A stretch of 63,053 nt of DNA, counting the filler, from Pelomyxa schiedti (taxonomy: Eukaryota; Protista; Evosea), in assembly GCA_020536535.1 (NCBI GenBank). It is 16 parts of 16 records of this genome, joined end to end, with 100 filler letters (N's around TTAATTAATTAA, not from the genome) between each part and the next. Parts side by side here need not be neighbours in the genome. Positions count along the whole stretch, not along the records: positions 1 to 10,346 come from JAHLWZ010000603.1; positions 10,447 to 15,440 come from JAHLWZ010001537.1; 14 more parts are not named here. One strand, 5' to 3'. Below are positions 1 through 13,056 of the stretch, piece after piece. A model generated the notes under the pieces. It did not search any database. It worked only from the letters and a program-made list of their open reading frames with translations, and had not been told where the DNA came from. The stretch's first letter is position 1, and the number at the start of each line of letters is the position of its first letter. A program made the position numbers and the translations under genes.

Positions 1-497
1 GGAAAAGGCGTACCAACTGACACCAGTTTTGTTGAATCGTTGTGAAGTGATTGACCCACTCAGTTCCAAATTTACTCATGTCCTTCCCTCGTGCCATGGA
101 CAAATGCACGTCACTGAGTAGAGATAGTGATTATTACAACAACAACTGTGTTAGTGTGTTGATAGTACCTGATGGCCCACACCCTCACCATTCTCAAAAT
201 GCTGTTCGATACAAAAGTCCTGTCTTCCGAAATTAGGAAATGGGGAAGTTTGGTCTCAGGAAGGAGGAGTACTCCCAGAGCAGCGAACGTTGTTGTTGTT
301 CCCACAAGCACTTGTGGGAATCACCTCCAGATGATTATACCACTGATTGGATCAGACCTTAAAATAGATCGATATCAGCAACAGCAACCGCCATTTTAAG
401 TTCGCATAAGTCTCTTCTCGAACAAAACCAAAAAAAAATAAAAAAAAATAAACAAGCAAAAGCAAGCCGTCAACAAGCAACTCAAAAGCGACAATAA

Positions 498-2245
<1,748 letters not shown>

Positions 2246-2476
2246 AGGGAGGAACCCTTCAATCCCCAACCTACAAACAAACAAACCAAACACAACATAA
2301 GGTGGATGCCACACCTCAAACAATTTAGTACTATAAAACAAAAAAGAAAACAACCTATGTTGTGTCACAATACCTCTTTGTTTTTTTTTGCCAAAAAATG
2401 GAATCACATTTGTTTGTGGGTTTCATTCAAAAGTTGTGTTACACGAGTGTTGGTACTACATAATGGTGTGGTGGTT

Positions 2477-5400
2477 TCACATTTTGAATGTTTCGGGATC
2501 GATTTGTTCTGTTGGAGGACAAATTAGGATGAATTTCGTGCGAAATTTATGGTTACAACCTTCTATGTAGGTTGCTGCACAAACAAGATGAGTGTAGAAG
2601 CAGAAGGCTTCATTGGCGGAGCTGGAATTATCTGAATGGCAGGCACATTTGAGTGGTTTATTGTTTGCTGATTTATTTTACCTGATAGTCTCTCTATGAA
2701 ATTGAGGTGACTATGAAGGTGAGGTACATTGGCATGTAGTACAGTATATCTGCATAGGATAATTAGGGTGAAATACGCTGATTTGGGTATTTATTACATA
2801 AATACAGGTAAGAAATCATCAGCTCCGGCTGCGGCTCCCGCTTTTTGAAGTACAAGAACTAGCACCTAGATAAAACGTCAAGTCTAAACAAGGTAAAAAT
2901 TAACGCCTAATACCTTACAGCAGTTCAAAATGGAAGTGAGCTTATCAACCGGTGTTTTCGAATTCTCCAGTTCCATCAGTTCATTTTCGGCACTCTGGAA
3001 GGTATTATTAGATAGTTGCGCGCCCAAAGAAAAGCTTACTTGTATCAAATCATGGTCCAAGTCTTCACGCATATCAAGGAGCTTTGGAGTGAGATGGGGC
3101 TGAAGCTTAGCAATCTTATCTGACAGGAAGGCATCCCTTTGCTGAAGCTCCTTTTTGACAAACAGAGCTTGATAGAAGTGTTCCAATACATATCGGCTGA
3201 CCTGTACAAAATTATTTGGCGCCAGAGGGAATGGAATCTAGATCGGTTTTAAACCTTTTGCTCAAGGACGTCTCTTTTAATCTAGAAAGACCGTGAAATT
3301 GAGTTATAGTTAGGAAGTGGAGTACTGTCATTAGCTTAGGGTGCTCTTCTACTGCTCCAAGGATATCTGCAACGAGTTGTTTCACCACAGCGCCTTCTTC
3401 GTCGATGGTGTATTTAGTGCGGCTGAATTGCTTGCACAAGGAATTTACAGAGTCCCTATGAAGTATTATTAGGACGATTACGGGCCTAAAGAGAGTATAA
3501 CTTGAGGGTGTGGAATTCTGGCAAAGCCAAAATTTCTTGGAAGCCAGTCATGGAATAGGTGTTTTCCACAGTAGAGGCATTGAGTGACGACGTGGGAACA
3601 GGTGTTGGTGGTGAAGCAGCAACTGATATAGCTTTCACTAGATCTAGTGTGGGCAGAGAGGTCGTCGCCCATCCAATAAATCCAGATTTTTTCCCAGAGC
3701 TGGCAGCCCTAGCACTACTTTGAAAAATCTCCTGCAAAGAGGTTACACAGCACAACTTGCAGGCTGACAAACAGGGTGAGGGATTCTCTTAGGGATCTCT
3801 CCTCTGTCAAACCGACCAAGCAAATTCTGCATTTCGGGGGACGTCAGAGCCACATCTGCAAAAGTTGAAAATGGTGGCCCCAGCCTTGGGTCTGCTCCAT
3901 AACTAATACACTGATTAGGATTTGGAAGGGTGAAGATAAACTTACCTAAGAAGAAGTTCCAATACTGGCACACAATTATTTGATGCAGCGATTACCAGAG
4001 GAGGCACATCTGTGCTTGTCTCATCTGGAAGGTGTTGAAAAAAAGTTGGAAAGGTGTGACGAGTACTTGGCTTCGCTCCTGCCTCAAGAAGGTACTGTAC
4101 AGCGGTCGTGTTATTCTGTTCTGCAACAGCTAGCATTAAGGGTGTTTGCCCCGATCCTGACTGTAAGAGTTAAATCCATTTATTTGATTGATACTGCGGA
4201 ATCACCTGGAAATTGGGATCACATGAAGCTAATAGGATTTTGAGAATCTGGTTGCATGTAAATACCTAACTCCAACCCTCTGTGCACTCACCTCTAAAGT
4301 GTCTGGGGTATTACAAGCTTTCTTAAGCAGGAAATGCAAAGCTGTATTCTTTCGATTGTTATACAAGTTTGTCTTGCAATTCTTCTGCAGTAAAAACATA
4401 GCACAACGATAGTTGAAATTGTCAAGACTAGAAGAATCTAAGAAAAAAAACAGAATCATTGTGCTTGGTACCAGCACATCAATGGTGTCCACCCTCGGTC
4501 ATCCTAATAAAAACCTTGAGGAGGAAAAGAAAAATCATGACTCATACTTGTGCATCAATATTAGCAGCCCACTTATCAACAAGGCTTGTTACAAGGTCAT
4601 AGTTACCTGCATACGACGCAGCATGAAGGAGAGTTTGCCCGCTGGCGGATACACCATGGATAGTATTAGCCTTCGAGGGTGTGATTTTTCAGTTCAAGTG
4701 AAAAAGGAGTGAATGGAGAAAGACCATAATGGAGTCTTCTACTTTCTTCGTTAGGGCGGGGGTGTTTTTGGCACACGCAAGAATTTGATTGATGCAATCC
4801 ACTAGCACGGGATTAGCCGTTGGAGTTGAATAGGCAAGCCAATTTATTGGCATATTTCGCCACTCGTCAAATTTTTCCGGTGGCAGTGTGACGCTGAAAT
4901 CTATGAAGAACCGTGAACTCGGTCAAAAGTAAACTTGTACATACGTGTTTGAGAAATATTAATAAATTCATTTGATATTTTAAGAACGCTTTGCGAAGGC
5001 GCTACCATTACCCATGCACAGACCTGGATTCATGTAAAAAAATTGAAAAGGCTTTCTTGAACCATTGCAACAAACCTTGGGCCTACTGGGAAATTGCTGC
5101 CGGTAGTCGATTTGCAGGGATGGGCCATCTATTTTTAGCCTGCCACTCTTAAACATGTTTGCATTGATTGGAAGTTGGGAAAATAGAGACTCCGCAATGA
5201 AGAGAATTGAAGCTTCTGGTTTTATGGGTGTTGTCGGAGGAGTTGCTGATGGAGTTGGTGTTGGGGTAGACGAAAGTGGCGTTGTTGACAGGGCTGGAGT
5301 TGATGTAGAAGGTGGGGCCGACGAGTGTGCTGCATTTAGAGGTGGTGTTGAAGGTTTGAGAGGTGGTGTGGAAGGAGTAGATATAGCAACTGTGGCGGAC

Positions 5401-6004
5401 TTTTCATGAGGCAGTATAGGGGAAAGTGACGCAGCCGGTATCATTACGCTCTGCGAGCGCGTAATAACGGGCGTTTTGGGTGAGGGTGGGGGTGCTGATA
5501 CTGGCGTTTGGGAAATTGAGCACATTATCCCAGCATTTGTTACGGAACTCCTGCATTTTTCATGAATGGCATATGAACAGTGCTTGCACTGGAGGCCTTG
5601 CCTTCCCAAACCCCTGTAGTAATGACAGTTGGGGGAAATGTCTATAATATGGAGTATATCATACCACAGAAATTTGCCACAGAATCCACACCACGTGGGC
5701 CCAGAAAAATGTGCCAGCTGCTTTTTTGTTAAAATTTAGCAATGCGTAACCCAAAGAACACATTACAAACCGAAAGTTATTACATTTTATTCGCAAAAAA
5801 ATAAAAAAAAATTTGTAAAAAGGAGGGACTTAGGCTCGGACACTCACACAAACCAACACACAGGCACGCACGTACGCACACACACACAAACTAACTAACT
5901 TCGAACTCGTGGGGGGTCCTGTTTATCACGAAGGACTGGCTCATCACCGCACTTCGCGACGTTGGCCCGTCGCCACCCGATCCACTTGTAGGTGTCGCGC
6001 TCAT
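2477..6004 (-). CDS. multi-exon C1 domain + ankyrin repeat + VPS9 domain protein (Rab5-family GEF)
   Basis: First exon MSATPTSG...PHEFE. C1 motif HFSGPTWCGFCGKFLW...GRQGLQCKHCSYAIHEKC. S/T/P linker. Ankyrin motifs NTALHFL and PPLVIAASNNCVPVLELLL. VPS9 motifs KTPVDKLTSILNCC, GADDFLP and NVPHLHSHLNFIERL. Stop TGA 2477-2479 after QIDPETFKM. Some internal splice sites were not resolved. Confidence 0.85.
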
Positions 6005-6159
6005 CGTCACCTCTCGTTTCGGTTCGATCCCCTCACCCCCAAATCGACACGGAAAAAAAAAAGGGTTGTGTTGGGAAAATAATAACACAGGAAGGAGGAA
6101 AAGTGATCGAAAAGGAATTGCCTTGATTGATTAGCGTGGTCCCTTTCTTTTTAGTTTAT

Positions 6160-6309
6160 GTGCCCACTCTGGTTAAGAGTAAGGATACAAAAATTGGGAC
6201 TGGCCAGTGGCCTGAGTCCACGAGGCATTGGAGTTAGTTTGCAATCAGCAAAAAATCTACGCCATCCCTTACGGTCATCAGCTGTAGAAATACCCCAAGC
6301 GCAAGAACT
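6160..6309 (-). ncRNA. U4: U4 spliceosomal snRNA (~150 nt)
   Basis: The minus strand reads AGUUCUUGCGCUUGGGG (plant U4 has AUCUUUGCGCUUGGGG), then a K-turn 5' stem-loop (GCUGAUGACC-GUAA-GGGAUGGC), the U6-pairing UGCUGAUUGCAAACUA, the hairpin GGACUCAGGCCACUGGCCAGUCC, the Sm site AAUUUUUG and a terminal hairpin. Confidence 0.9.
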
Positions 6310-6649
6310 GAGAGGATGATCCTCCACTCTACGCGAAATTTGTACCGGGTTCTACTTGGTTAAATTGTGGGAGGGGCAGTTCCCACAATTTTGCCTCTGC
6401 CTCCCCTGGGTTGATAATCGCGAAGTTGAACCTCTCCATAAATAACAATTCAAAAAAAAGGGTGTAGCTGTCTTTAGGGATACATACAAGCTCCCCTCTC
6501 TTTTTCTATTGGAGTCTCTGCCTCATTGCAGTCTCTCCTTTTGATAAACAAATTCCAAGCTTCTGGTTAAACCCTCGTATCGTTCGATTTCGCCAGCAGA
6601 AATTTTAAACCCCATTCCACAGAAAATTCAGAATCGTTGGATTTTAGCG

Positions 6650-9514
6650 ATGCGTGGTGATCGCAATGGGGTGTTGCCGATTTTTTCGGCGGTCGTCGTT
6701 GTTGTTGTCAGTATGGGTAGCATGGCGATGTGCGGTAGCGACGGGTCTGTGTGGCCAATGCCCCAGTCGATGACCCAGGGCTCCGTTGTATTGGCCGTGG
6801 ATCCTGCAAAGTTCGCCATCACAACTTCTTCCACCTCCGTATGTTGGTTGTTGTCAGTTGTTGTTTTTACTGATTACTTTTTTTTTTTTTTTAACACAAA
6901 AAAACCCAGGAAGTTCTGGCACGAGCTATTGATAGGTATAGGAATGGGCTCCTTTTTCCGTTCCCTGCTACGGACATTGCTGAGGTGTGTACTGATTTCT
7001 GAATCCTTCCATCTGACTTGATTTTTCCCANNNNNNNNNNNNNNNNNNNNNNNNNNNNNNNNNNNNNNNNNNNNNNNNNNNNNNNNNNNNNNNNNNNNNN
7101 NNNNNNNNNNNNNNNNNNNNNNNNNNNNNNGAAGTTCTGGCACGAGCTATTGATAGGTATAGGAATGGGCTCCTTTTTCCGTTCCCTGCTACGGACATTG
7201 CTGAGGTGTGTACTGATTTCTGAATCCTTCCATCTGACTTGATTTTTCCCAGGGGAATGTGCTGAACACACTTAATATCGTTGTGTGTATCTTTATCTTT
7301 TGTATTATTACTTATTATTATTTTGTTGAGTTGAGTGGAATCGATTCTAAGCCTTTGGTAGATTACCGCTGACGACGGCAAAGAGCAAATCCAATGGACT
7401 ACTGATGAGTCCTATCAATTGGTTATCACTTATCCTACATCAACACTCACTGCCCCAACCATTTATGGTGCCATGCGTGGTATGTCTCATATCGAGTGTT
7501 GTGCTATTCACTTTGTTCCAAGGGCTGGAATCCTTTTCCCAGCTGGTAATATTTGACGATTACTGGATGTATTACATTGTTCCATACACACCAATTACTA
7601 TAAACGACTTCCCTCGCTTTCCATGGAGGTGTGACCATTTTGCTCTTCTTCATTTCTAATAGAAGGCAAAAAGAGGAATACTCATTGATACAGCGAGACA
7701 CTTCCTAGATGTAAAAACGATCAAGAAAATCATTGATGGTCTCTCATACAATAAAATGAATGTACTTCACTGGCACGCTGTAGATGCTGAGTCATTTCCG
7801 GTTCGTGCTTTTTGTGTGCTTTCCTGAGGAGTAATTTTCACAGGTTACCTGCGATTCCTACCCCAATCTTTCAGAGGGAGCATATGCCTCTTGGTTGGTT
7901 TATGACCATGAAACCATTGCAGATGTTGTGGATTACGCAAACGACAGAGGTGTCAGGGTTGTACCTGAGTTTGATATGCCAGGTATACTCGCGCAATTCG
8001 TTGGTCACTACATACTGTTTGCGTAGGTCATGCCTATAGTTGGGGCTTTGGTTACCCCAATTTGACGGTATCATGCCCAAGCTATGAACACAACATCAAC
8101 AACATTCCACTTGATCCGACTCAAGATTTTACCTATAATGTCATTAGAGTACGACAGTTCTTCCGCCATTTTCTTCTTGACAATACGGCAGGGGCTATTC
8201 ACTGAAATGGCATCTCTATTCAAGGATTCCTACATTCATACAGGCGGAGATGAGGTAGGAATTAGAGGAGCCCTGTTAGACTTACACATAGCCAGATTGT
8301 TGAAGGCTGTTGGACTGAAAATTCCGATGTTTACCAGTTCATGAAAGACCGTGGGTGGTCTACGGTTGATCTCGAGCAGTACTTCTGTGATAACGTGGAA
8401 GTGTGTTTTCGGTGTTTATTCTGAGTAGTAATGGTTTTAGGCGATAGTGTCATCATTGAACAAGTTGCTGGTCATCTGGGAAGATGAAGTAACGTTTACC
8501 AACACCAATAAAGAAACGTTAACTTAAAGGCAGATGGACGACGGTTTGGATATAAACCCCGCAACAGTGATTCAAGTTTGGCAGGTTGTTTCTAATAACC
8601 ATCGGTACTTTGTTTNNNNNNNNNNNNNNNNNNNNNNNNNNNNNNNNNNNNNNNNNNNNNNNNNNNNNNNNNNNNNNNNNNNNNNNNNNNNNNNNNNNNN
8701 NNNNNNNNNNNNNNNTTTACCAACACCAATAAAGAAACGTTAACTTAAAGGCAGATGGACGACGGTTTGGATATAAACCCCGCAACAGTGATTCAAGTTT
8801 GGCAGGTTGTTTCTAATAACCATCGGTACTTTGTTTACTCTGGGTAGAGTTCAACTACTATGCGTACGGCTGTAACCAGCGGCCTATATGCCATTCTCTC
8901 TGCTGGTATGCGCCACAATTCCTCCTTGTGAAACAAAACCCTGTTTACAGGGTGGTACCTTGCAAAGCAAATACCTGATCCCCCAACAACCCGCTCTCTA
9001 TGGCTTGACACTTGGATGGGTTAGATACCACATTCTTCCAAATTCACTCAGTTCGGGTTCAGATTTGTATGCTGTTGACCCACTGACCGGGCTCACTGAT
9101 TTGACCACAGAACAGCAGAAACTTGTTCTTGGCGGTGAAGCCTGGTATTCCAGCTCCTTTATTTAATTCCTTTCTAAATAAATCGCTCAGCATGTGGGGA
9201 GAGCAAGCCGATGTTTCCAACGTCGAGGGAATGATCTGGCCCCGTGCTTCCGCAGTGGTTTGTAGACAAAACTTTCCTCATTTTATATATTTTTTCCCTC
9301 TGATCTTGCTATCAGGGTGAGCGACTGTGGAGTGCCAAGACAGTCACTGACACAACATCAGCCAAGGCCAGGCTTATTTTATTCCGGTATGAATTTCCCG
9401 CCTTTCCCACGGATTCTGCCACTCACAATACACAGCTGCACATGTGCCCAAAGGGGAATTCTTGGTGGCCCAATTGCACCCGATTTCTGCCTCGATGTGC
9501 CTCCTTCTGTGTAA
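6650..9514 (+). CDS. HEXB: beta-N-acetylhexosaminidase (GH20, HexA/HexB type), multi-exon, signal peptide
   Basis: Hydrophobic N-terminus, then [39 protein letters not shown], catalytic [15 protein letters not shown] and IWPRASAV. Spans two scaffold gaps with overlapping flanks. TAA at 9512-9514. Confidence 0.93.
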
Positions 9515-9602
9515 CACACCTGACACTTTGATACACTTCTTTCCAAAACAAAATACAACCAAGAAGACACTTTCTTCTAACCACCAAAAAATGCAAAAAA
9601 TT

Positions 9603-9674
9603 CGAGCGTTATGGGGGTTGAACCCATGACATTCTGATCCGGAGTCAGATACTCTTCCACTGAGCTAAACGCCC
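9603..9674 (-). tRNA. tRNA-Arg (anticodon CCG)
   Basis: GGGCGTT/AACGCTC acceptor stem, anticodon arm TCTGA-CTCCGGA-TCAGA, T-loop GGTTCAACC, followed by a T-run terminator on the minus strand. Confidence 0.92.
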
Positions 9675-10063
9675 TTCGCAGAATTTGAAGCCAAAATAAA
9701 CACCATCAGCCAGAGCGTTCAGCACTTCTCCCGTTCCCATAATACAGTGTGGGACAGCCGACACGGAGCTGAAAACCCCGCGATTCAGCTCTTTTTTTCG
9801 GTTTTCTTTGGACTTAGAAATTTGACTCGGCAACGGCTGAGGCAGATTTCACCAAACCCTCCCGCACTGTGCTCCTCAGGTCTTGAAAAAGACCAAAGTT
9901 CCATGGTGCACTCCTTAATAAAAAAATTTGTGAAGCACGCGGCCACAACAACCAACCAATTTTTTTTATTATTTGTTCAAAAACATTGTGTTGACTGAAC
10001 AACAACACAATGTTTGGTTTCTTTGCTTTCTTACATATGTACTCTGGTGGCAGTGGTGTTATG

Positions 10064-10346
10064 TCAGTCATCTAAATAGGACCAAGGCCAGAACTTAGCT
10101 GGGCACTGTTCAGGGTCTCCATAATCATACCCGGCAAATATCCATGCAGTGCCAACACTGTATTGGAGAAAAAGAGTGAGCAAGTCAAGAGGAAGCTTTA
10201 TGAGGATGGGGAAATTTACGGGAATGAGGCATAGACCAGCAACACAGAGGCGGTGGTGTAGAGAACAAGTTGCCTCTTCAGAGAACCAGTTATTTTCGGT
10301 GGCTTTTTGCATATATAAATAAGCCGAATGCGGTCAACTAATATTC
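10064..10346 (-). CDS. 3' end of an unidentified hydrophobic protein, truncated at the contig edge
   Basis: The ORF ends GTAWIFAGYDYGDPEQCPAKFWPWSYLDD*; a probable intron lies upstream. No family recognised. Confidence 0.3.
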
Positions 10347-10446
10347 NNNNNNNNNNNNNNNNNNNNNNNNNNNNNNNNNNNNNNNNNNNNTTAATTAATT
10401 AANNNNNNNNNNNNNNNNNNNNNNNNNNNNNNNNNNNNNNNNNNNN
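10347..10446. other. artificial contig spacer (N44-TTAATTAATTAA-N44); the same spacer starts at 15441, 17161, 36276, 37588, 39149, 44300, 46284, 47466, 50015, 51251, 56632, 57976, 59327 and 60778
   Basis: Identical 100-nt units carrying a six-frame-stop 12-mer. Confidence 0.97.
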
Positions 10447-10849
10447 TTCGGTGTTTTAATTCTGATGTGTGGTGCATAGTGAAGTGAGGGTAAAAGCGAA
10501 AAAAGCAAGACAACAACATAGCATCATTCTAACTAATATTAAACAAAGGGGGGGAGGGAAGGAACCTAGAGGCAACTGCCTGTTGTTGACACCGTTGCCC
10601 GTCGTCGTACCAGACGCAGACAACGCGCCCATCTGCATCGGCATCGGCTGCATCGGCTGCTGTTGCTGTGGTAGTCCCGGCGGCGTCATCGCCAACAGCT
10701 TGGACAGCGACAGGTTGTCGCCCCCACCACCAGTACCAGTACCACTACTACTGCTCATGATGTGATGTGATGTTTGTTGTACCTTATCCCCTCCTCTCCT
10801 ATCTGCCGCACTAGCACCAACTGCTGCTGTGAGTGTCGAATGGGCGGGT

Positions 10850-11180
10850 CCTCTTTACGCGATCAAAAAAAATGAAATCGGCACTTTGCGAATCGATCAG
10901 GAGAGATAACGGGCGTGGGGCTCGGCGCAACCTGGAGTCGGATGTTGGCCTTCTCGTTCCCAGCCTCGGCTGCCATTAGGTAGAATGTGGCGGCCATGTT
11001 GGGGTCCCGGGGCACCTCCTATGCCTTCCTCATAGCACCTGCCAAGCCAGTTCATTGCCTCAGTGTTTCCCTTGTCAAACCCTTCCTGGTACAGTGCCAT
11101 GGCTATGCTTGGGTCCCTGTCCACCCCAGAACCTCTCTGGTAGTACCTCCCCAGCCAGTACATTGGTGGGGGGGCATAAC
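10850..11180 (-). pseudogene. Sel1-like repeat protein remnant (frameshifted; 5' part replaced by repeats)
   Basis: MYWLGRYYQRGSGVDRDPSIAMALYQEGFDKGNTEAMNWLGRCYEEGIG, then a 1-nt shift into VPRDPNMAATFYLMAAEAGNEKANIRL. Confidence 0.7.
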
Positions 11181-11188
11181 TGGATCAT

Positions 11189-11431
11189 GGGCGAAGGGGC
11201 GAAGGTGTCAGTGTTTTCCTCTATGAAGTCTTCGCCCAAAAACCCAAGGGGTGAAGGTTTTTGCTGTCACTTTCCTCTCAAAAAGCCTCACCCCATGGGG
11301 TGAAGCTTTTCCTGGGGCGAAGCTTTTTGAGAGGAAATAAGGTAAAAAGGTAGTATTTGATAAAAAACACTGTTCATGGGCGAAGAAAAAAGGGTGAAGG
11401 TGTCAGTGTTTTCTGCTATAAGGCTTCACCC
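11189..11431. repeat. 243-bp repeat unit built from GGG(C/T)GAAG motifs in both orientations
   Basis: Begins gggcgaag and ends cttcaccc. It has about ten internal copies of the motif or its complement and a direct repeat GAAGGTGTCAGTGTTTTC near both ends. Confidence 0.75.
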
Positions 11432-11988
11432 TGTTAGCTTCTGTGGGCTCGAGAATAAGTCCCACAGAGGAAGAAAACGAGTGAGAGTGAAGAGAATAAA
11501 GAGGGTTCTCTTGTTTGTTTGGTCATTGTTGTAAGGGGGTAAAAAGGGAGTGTGTAAAATCTCGCAGAGCGGTTGTGCGATTGGGTTAAAAGGCCGCGAT
11601 GTTCAAATGGATTCTCGGACAAGTGTGCATGTAATCAAAACCGCCTGCCGCGTTCTTGTTGCTGTATTTGTGCACCCAGCTGCGCTGTGCGCTGATCATT
11701 ACCTTCGCTGTCTCATTCTGGTAATAGTCCAGATTCGGCTCAGTCCTCAGTCTCTCCAATCCTGCTAAAGTGTGCCAGACTTCAGAGCCTCGCGAGCAAG
11801 GCCGAGTTCGTGTACTTTGTGGAAGTACACAAACCCAATCGCACAACCGCTCTGCAAGATTTTACACACTCCCTTTTTACCCCCCTTACAACAACGACCA
11901 AACAAACAAGAGAACCCCCTTTATTCTCTTCACTCTCACTCGTTTTCTTCCTCTGTGGGACTTATTCTCAAGCCCACAGAAGCTAACA
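11432..11988. mobile_element. fold-back/MITE-like element 1 (557 bp; ~156-bp terminal inverted repeats; TGT...ACA ends)
   Basis: 11432-11587 is the reverse complement of 11832-11988 with 4 substitutions and 1 indel. Non-coding. No clear target-site duplication. Confidence 0.85.
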
Positions 11989-12232
11989 TTACTCAGGTAC
12001 ATTCCCTTTTTATTATCACCCCACTCAACAACAACAAGACCCTGTGGGATGCCAGAAGGACTGCCGAACAGAGTGCAATGTCAGGCTTTACTTCCACCTC
12101 CACCCACTTCACCTCGGCACTAACACCCCTTACTCTTGCTCTCACTCTCATTCTCTCTCACTCTCATTCTCTCACTCTCATTCTCTCGCTCTCACTCTCG
12201 CTCCTACGCACCCACCACTCCACTCCTACAGT

Positions 12233-13056
12233 TGTTAGCTTCTGTGGGAAGAGAATAAAGCCCCACAGAGGGAAAAGAACGAAAGAGAGTAAGAGTGTAA
12301 AGGTTCTCTTGCTTGTTCTCGTGCTTAGGTTGCACGTGCTCAAAGGATAATTAATTTTTGGTGCGGTTAGGTGTGGTTAGCTTCAAAGCCATGCTGTTGT
12401 CCAATTCTCAGTCAAGATTGCCTCAGAATCAATCACCGCTGCAGTCCGCATTAGTGCGTTCCATGTCTCATAAGATCGTCGCTGCCTTATTCCAGTAATT
12501 CCATCAAGCCCACATTGGATCTCGAGAGTCAAGATTCATACAGAGTCTGCAGAGTGTCCATAGAGCTAAAGCTCGTGTACTTGCTAATGTACACACAGTC
12601 CACATCCACATTCCCAACCACCTCTCCATGATGTGGCCTGGCCTGAAGTTGGTTTTCGGGACTTGGGGTAAAAACTTTCCACTGTTTTGTGGGTAGTCAC
12701 AGTTTTGTGTACTTTATCAAGTACACAAGCTTTAGCTCTCTGCGGACATGTCCAAATCTCGATTCTCTAGATCCAATGCGGGCTTGATGGAATTACTGGA
12801 ATAAGGCAGCAACGATCTTATGAGACATGGAACGCACTAATGCGGACTGCAGTGGTGATTGATTCTGAGGCAATCTCGACTGAGAATTGGACAACAGCGT
12901 GGCTTCGAAGCTAACCGCACCTAACCACACCAAAATAATTATCCTTTTCACACGTGCAACCCAAGCACGAGAACAAGCAAGAGAACCTTTACACTCTCAC
13001 TCTCTTTCGTTCTTTTCCCTCTGTGGGGCTTTATTCTCTTCCCACAGAAGCTAACA
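12233..13056. mobile_element. fold-back element 2 (824 bp; ~350-360-bp inverted arms; same TGTTAGCTTCTGTGGG terminus as element 1)
   Basis: 12233-12595 pairs with 12706-13056 around a ~110-nt spacer. The terminal 16 nt are identical to element 1. Confidence 0.88.

Noticed and set aside
6890-8835. Direct repeats of ~120 nt flanking the gaps at 7031-7130 and 8616-8715 (also at 23694, 27559, 38361 and 41716)
   Set aside because: Identical overlaps either side of 100-N gaps are unmerged contig ends, not duplications.
11432-13056. CRISPR-like or bacterial terminator interpretation of the hairpin repeats
   Set aside because: There is no repeat-spacer periodicity and no cas genes, and the context is eukaryotic.
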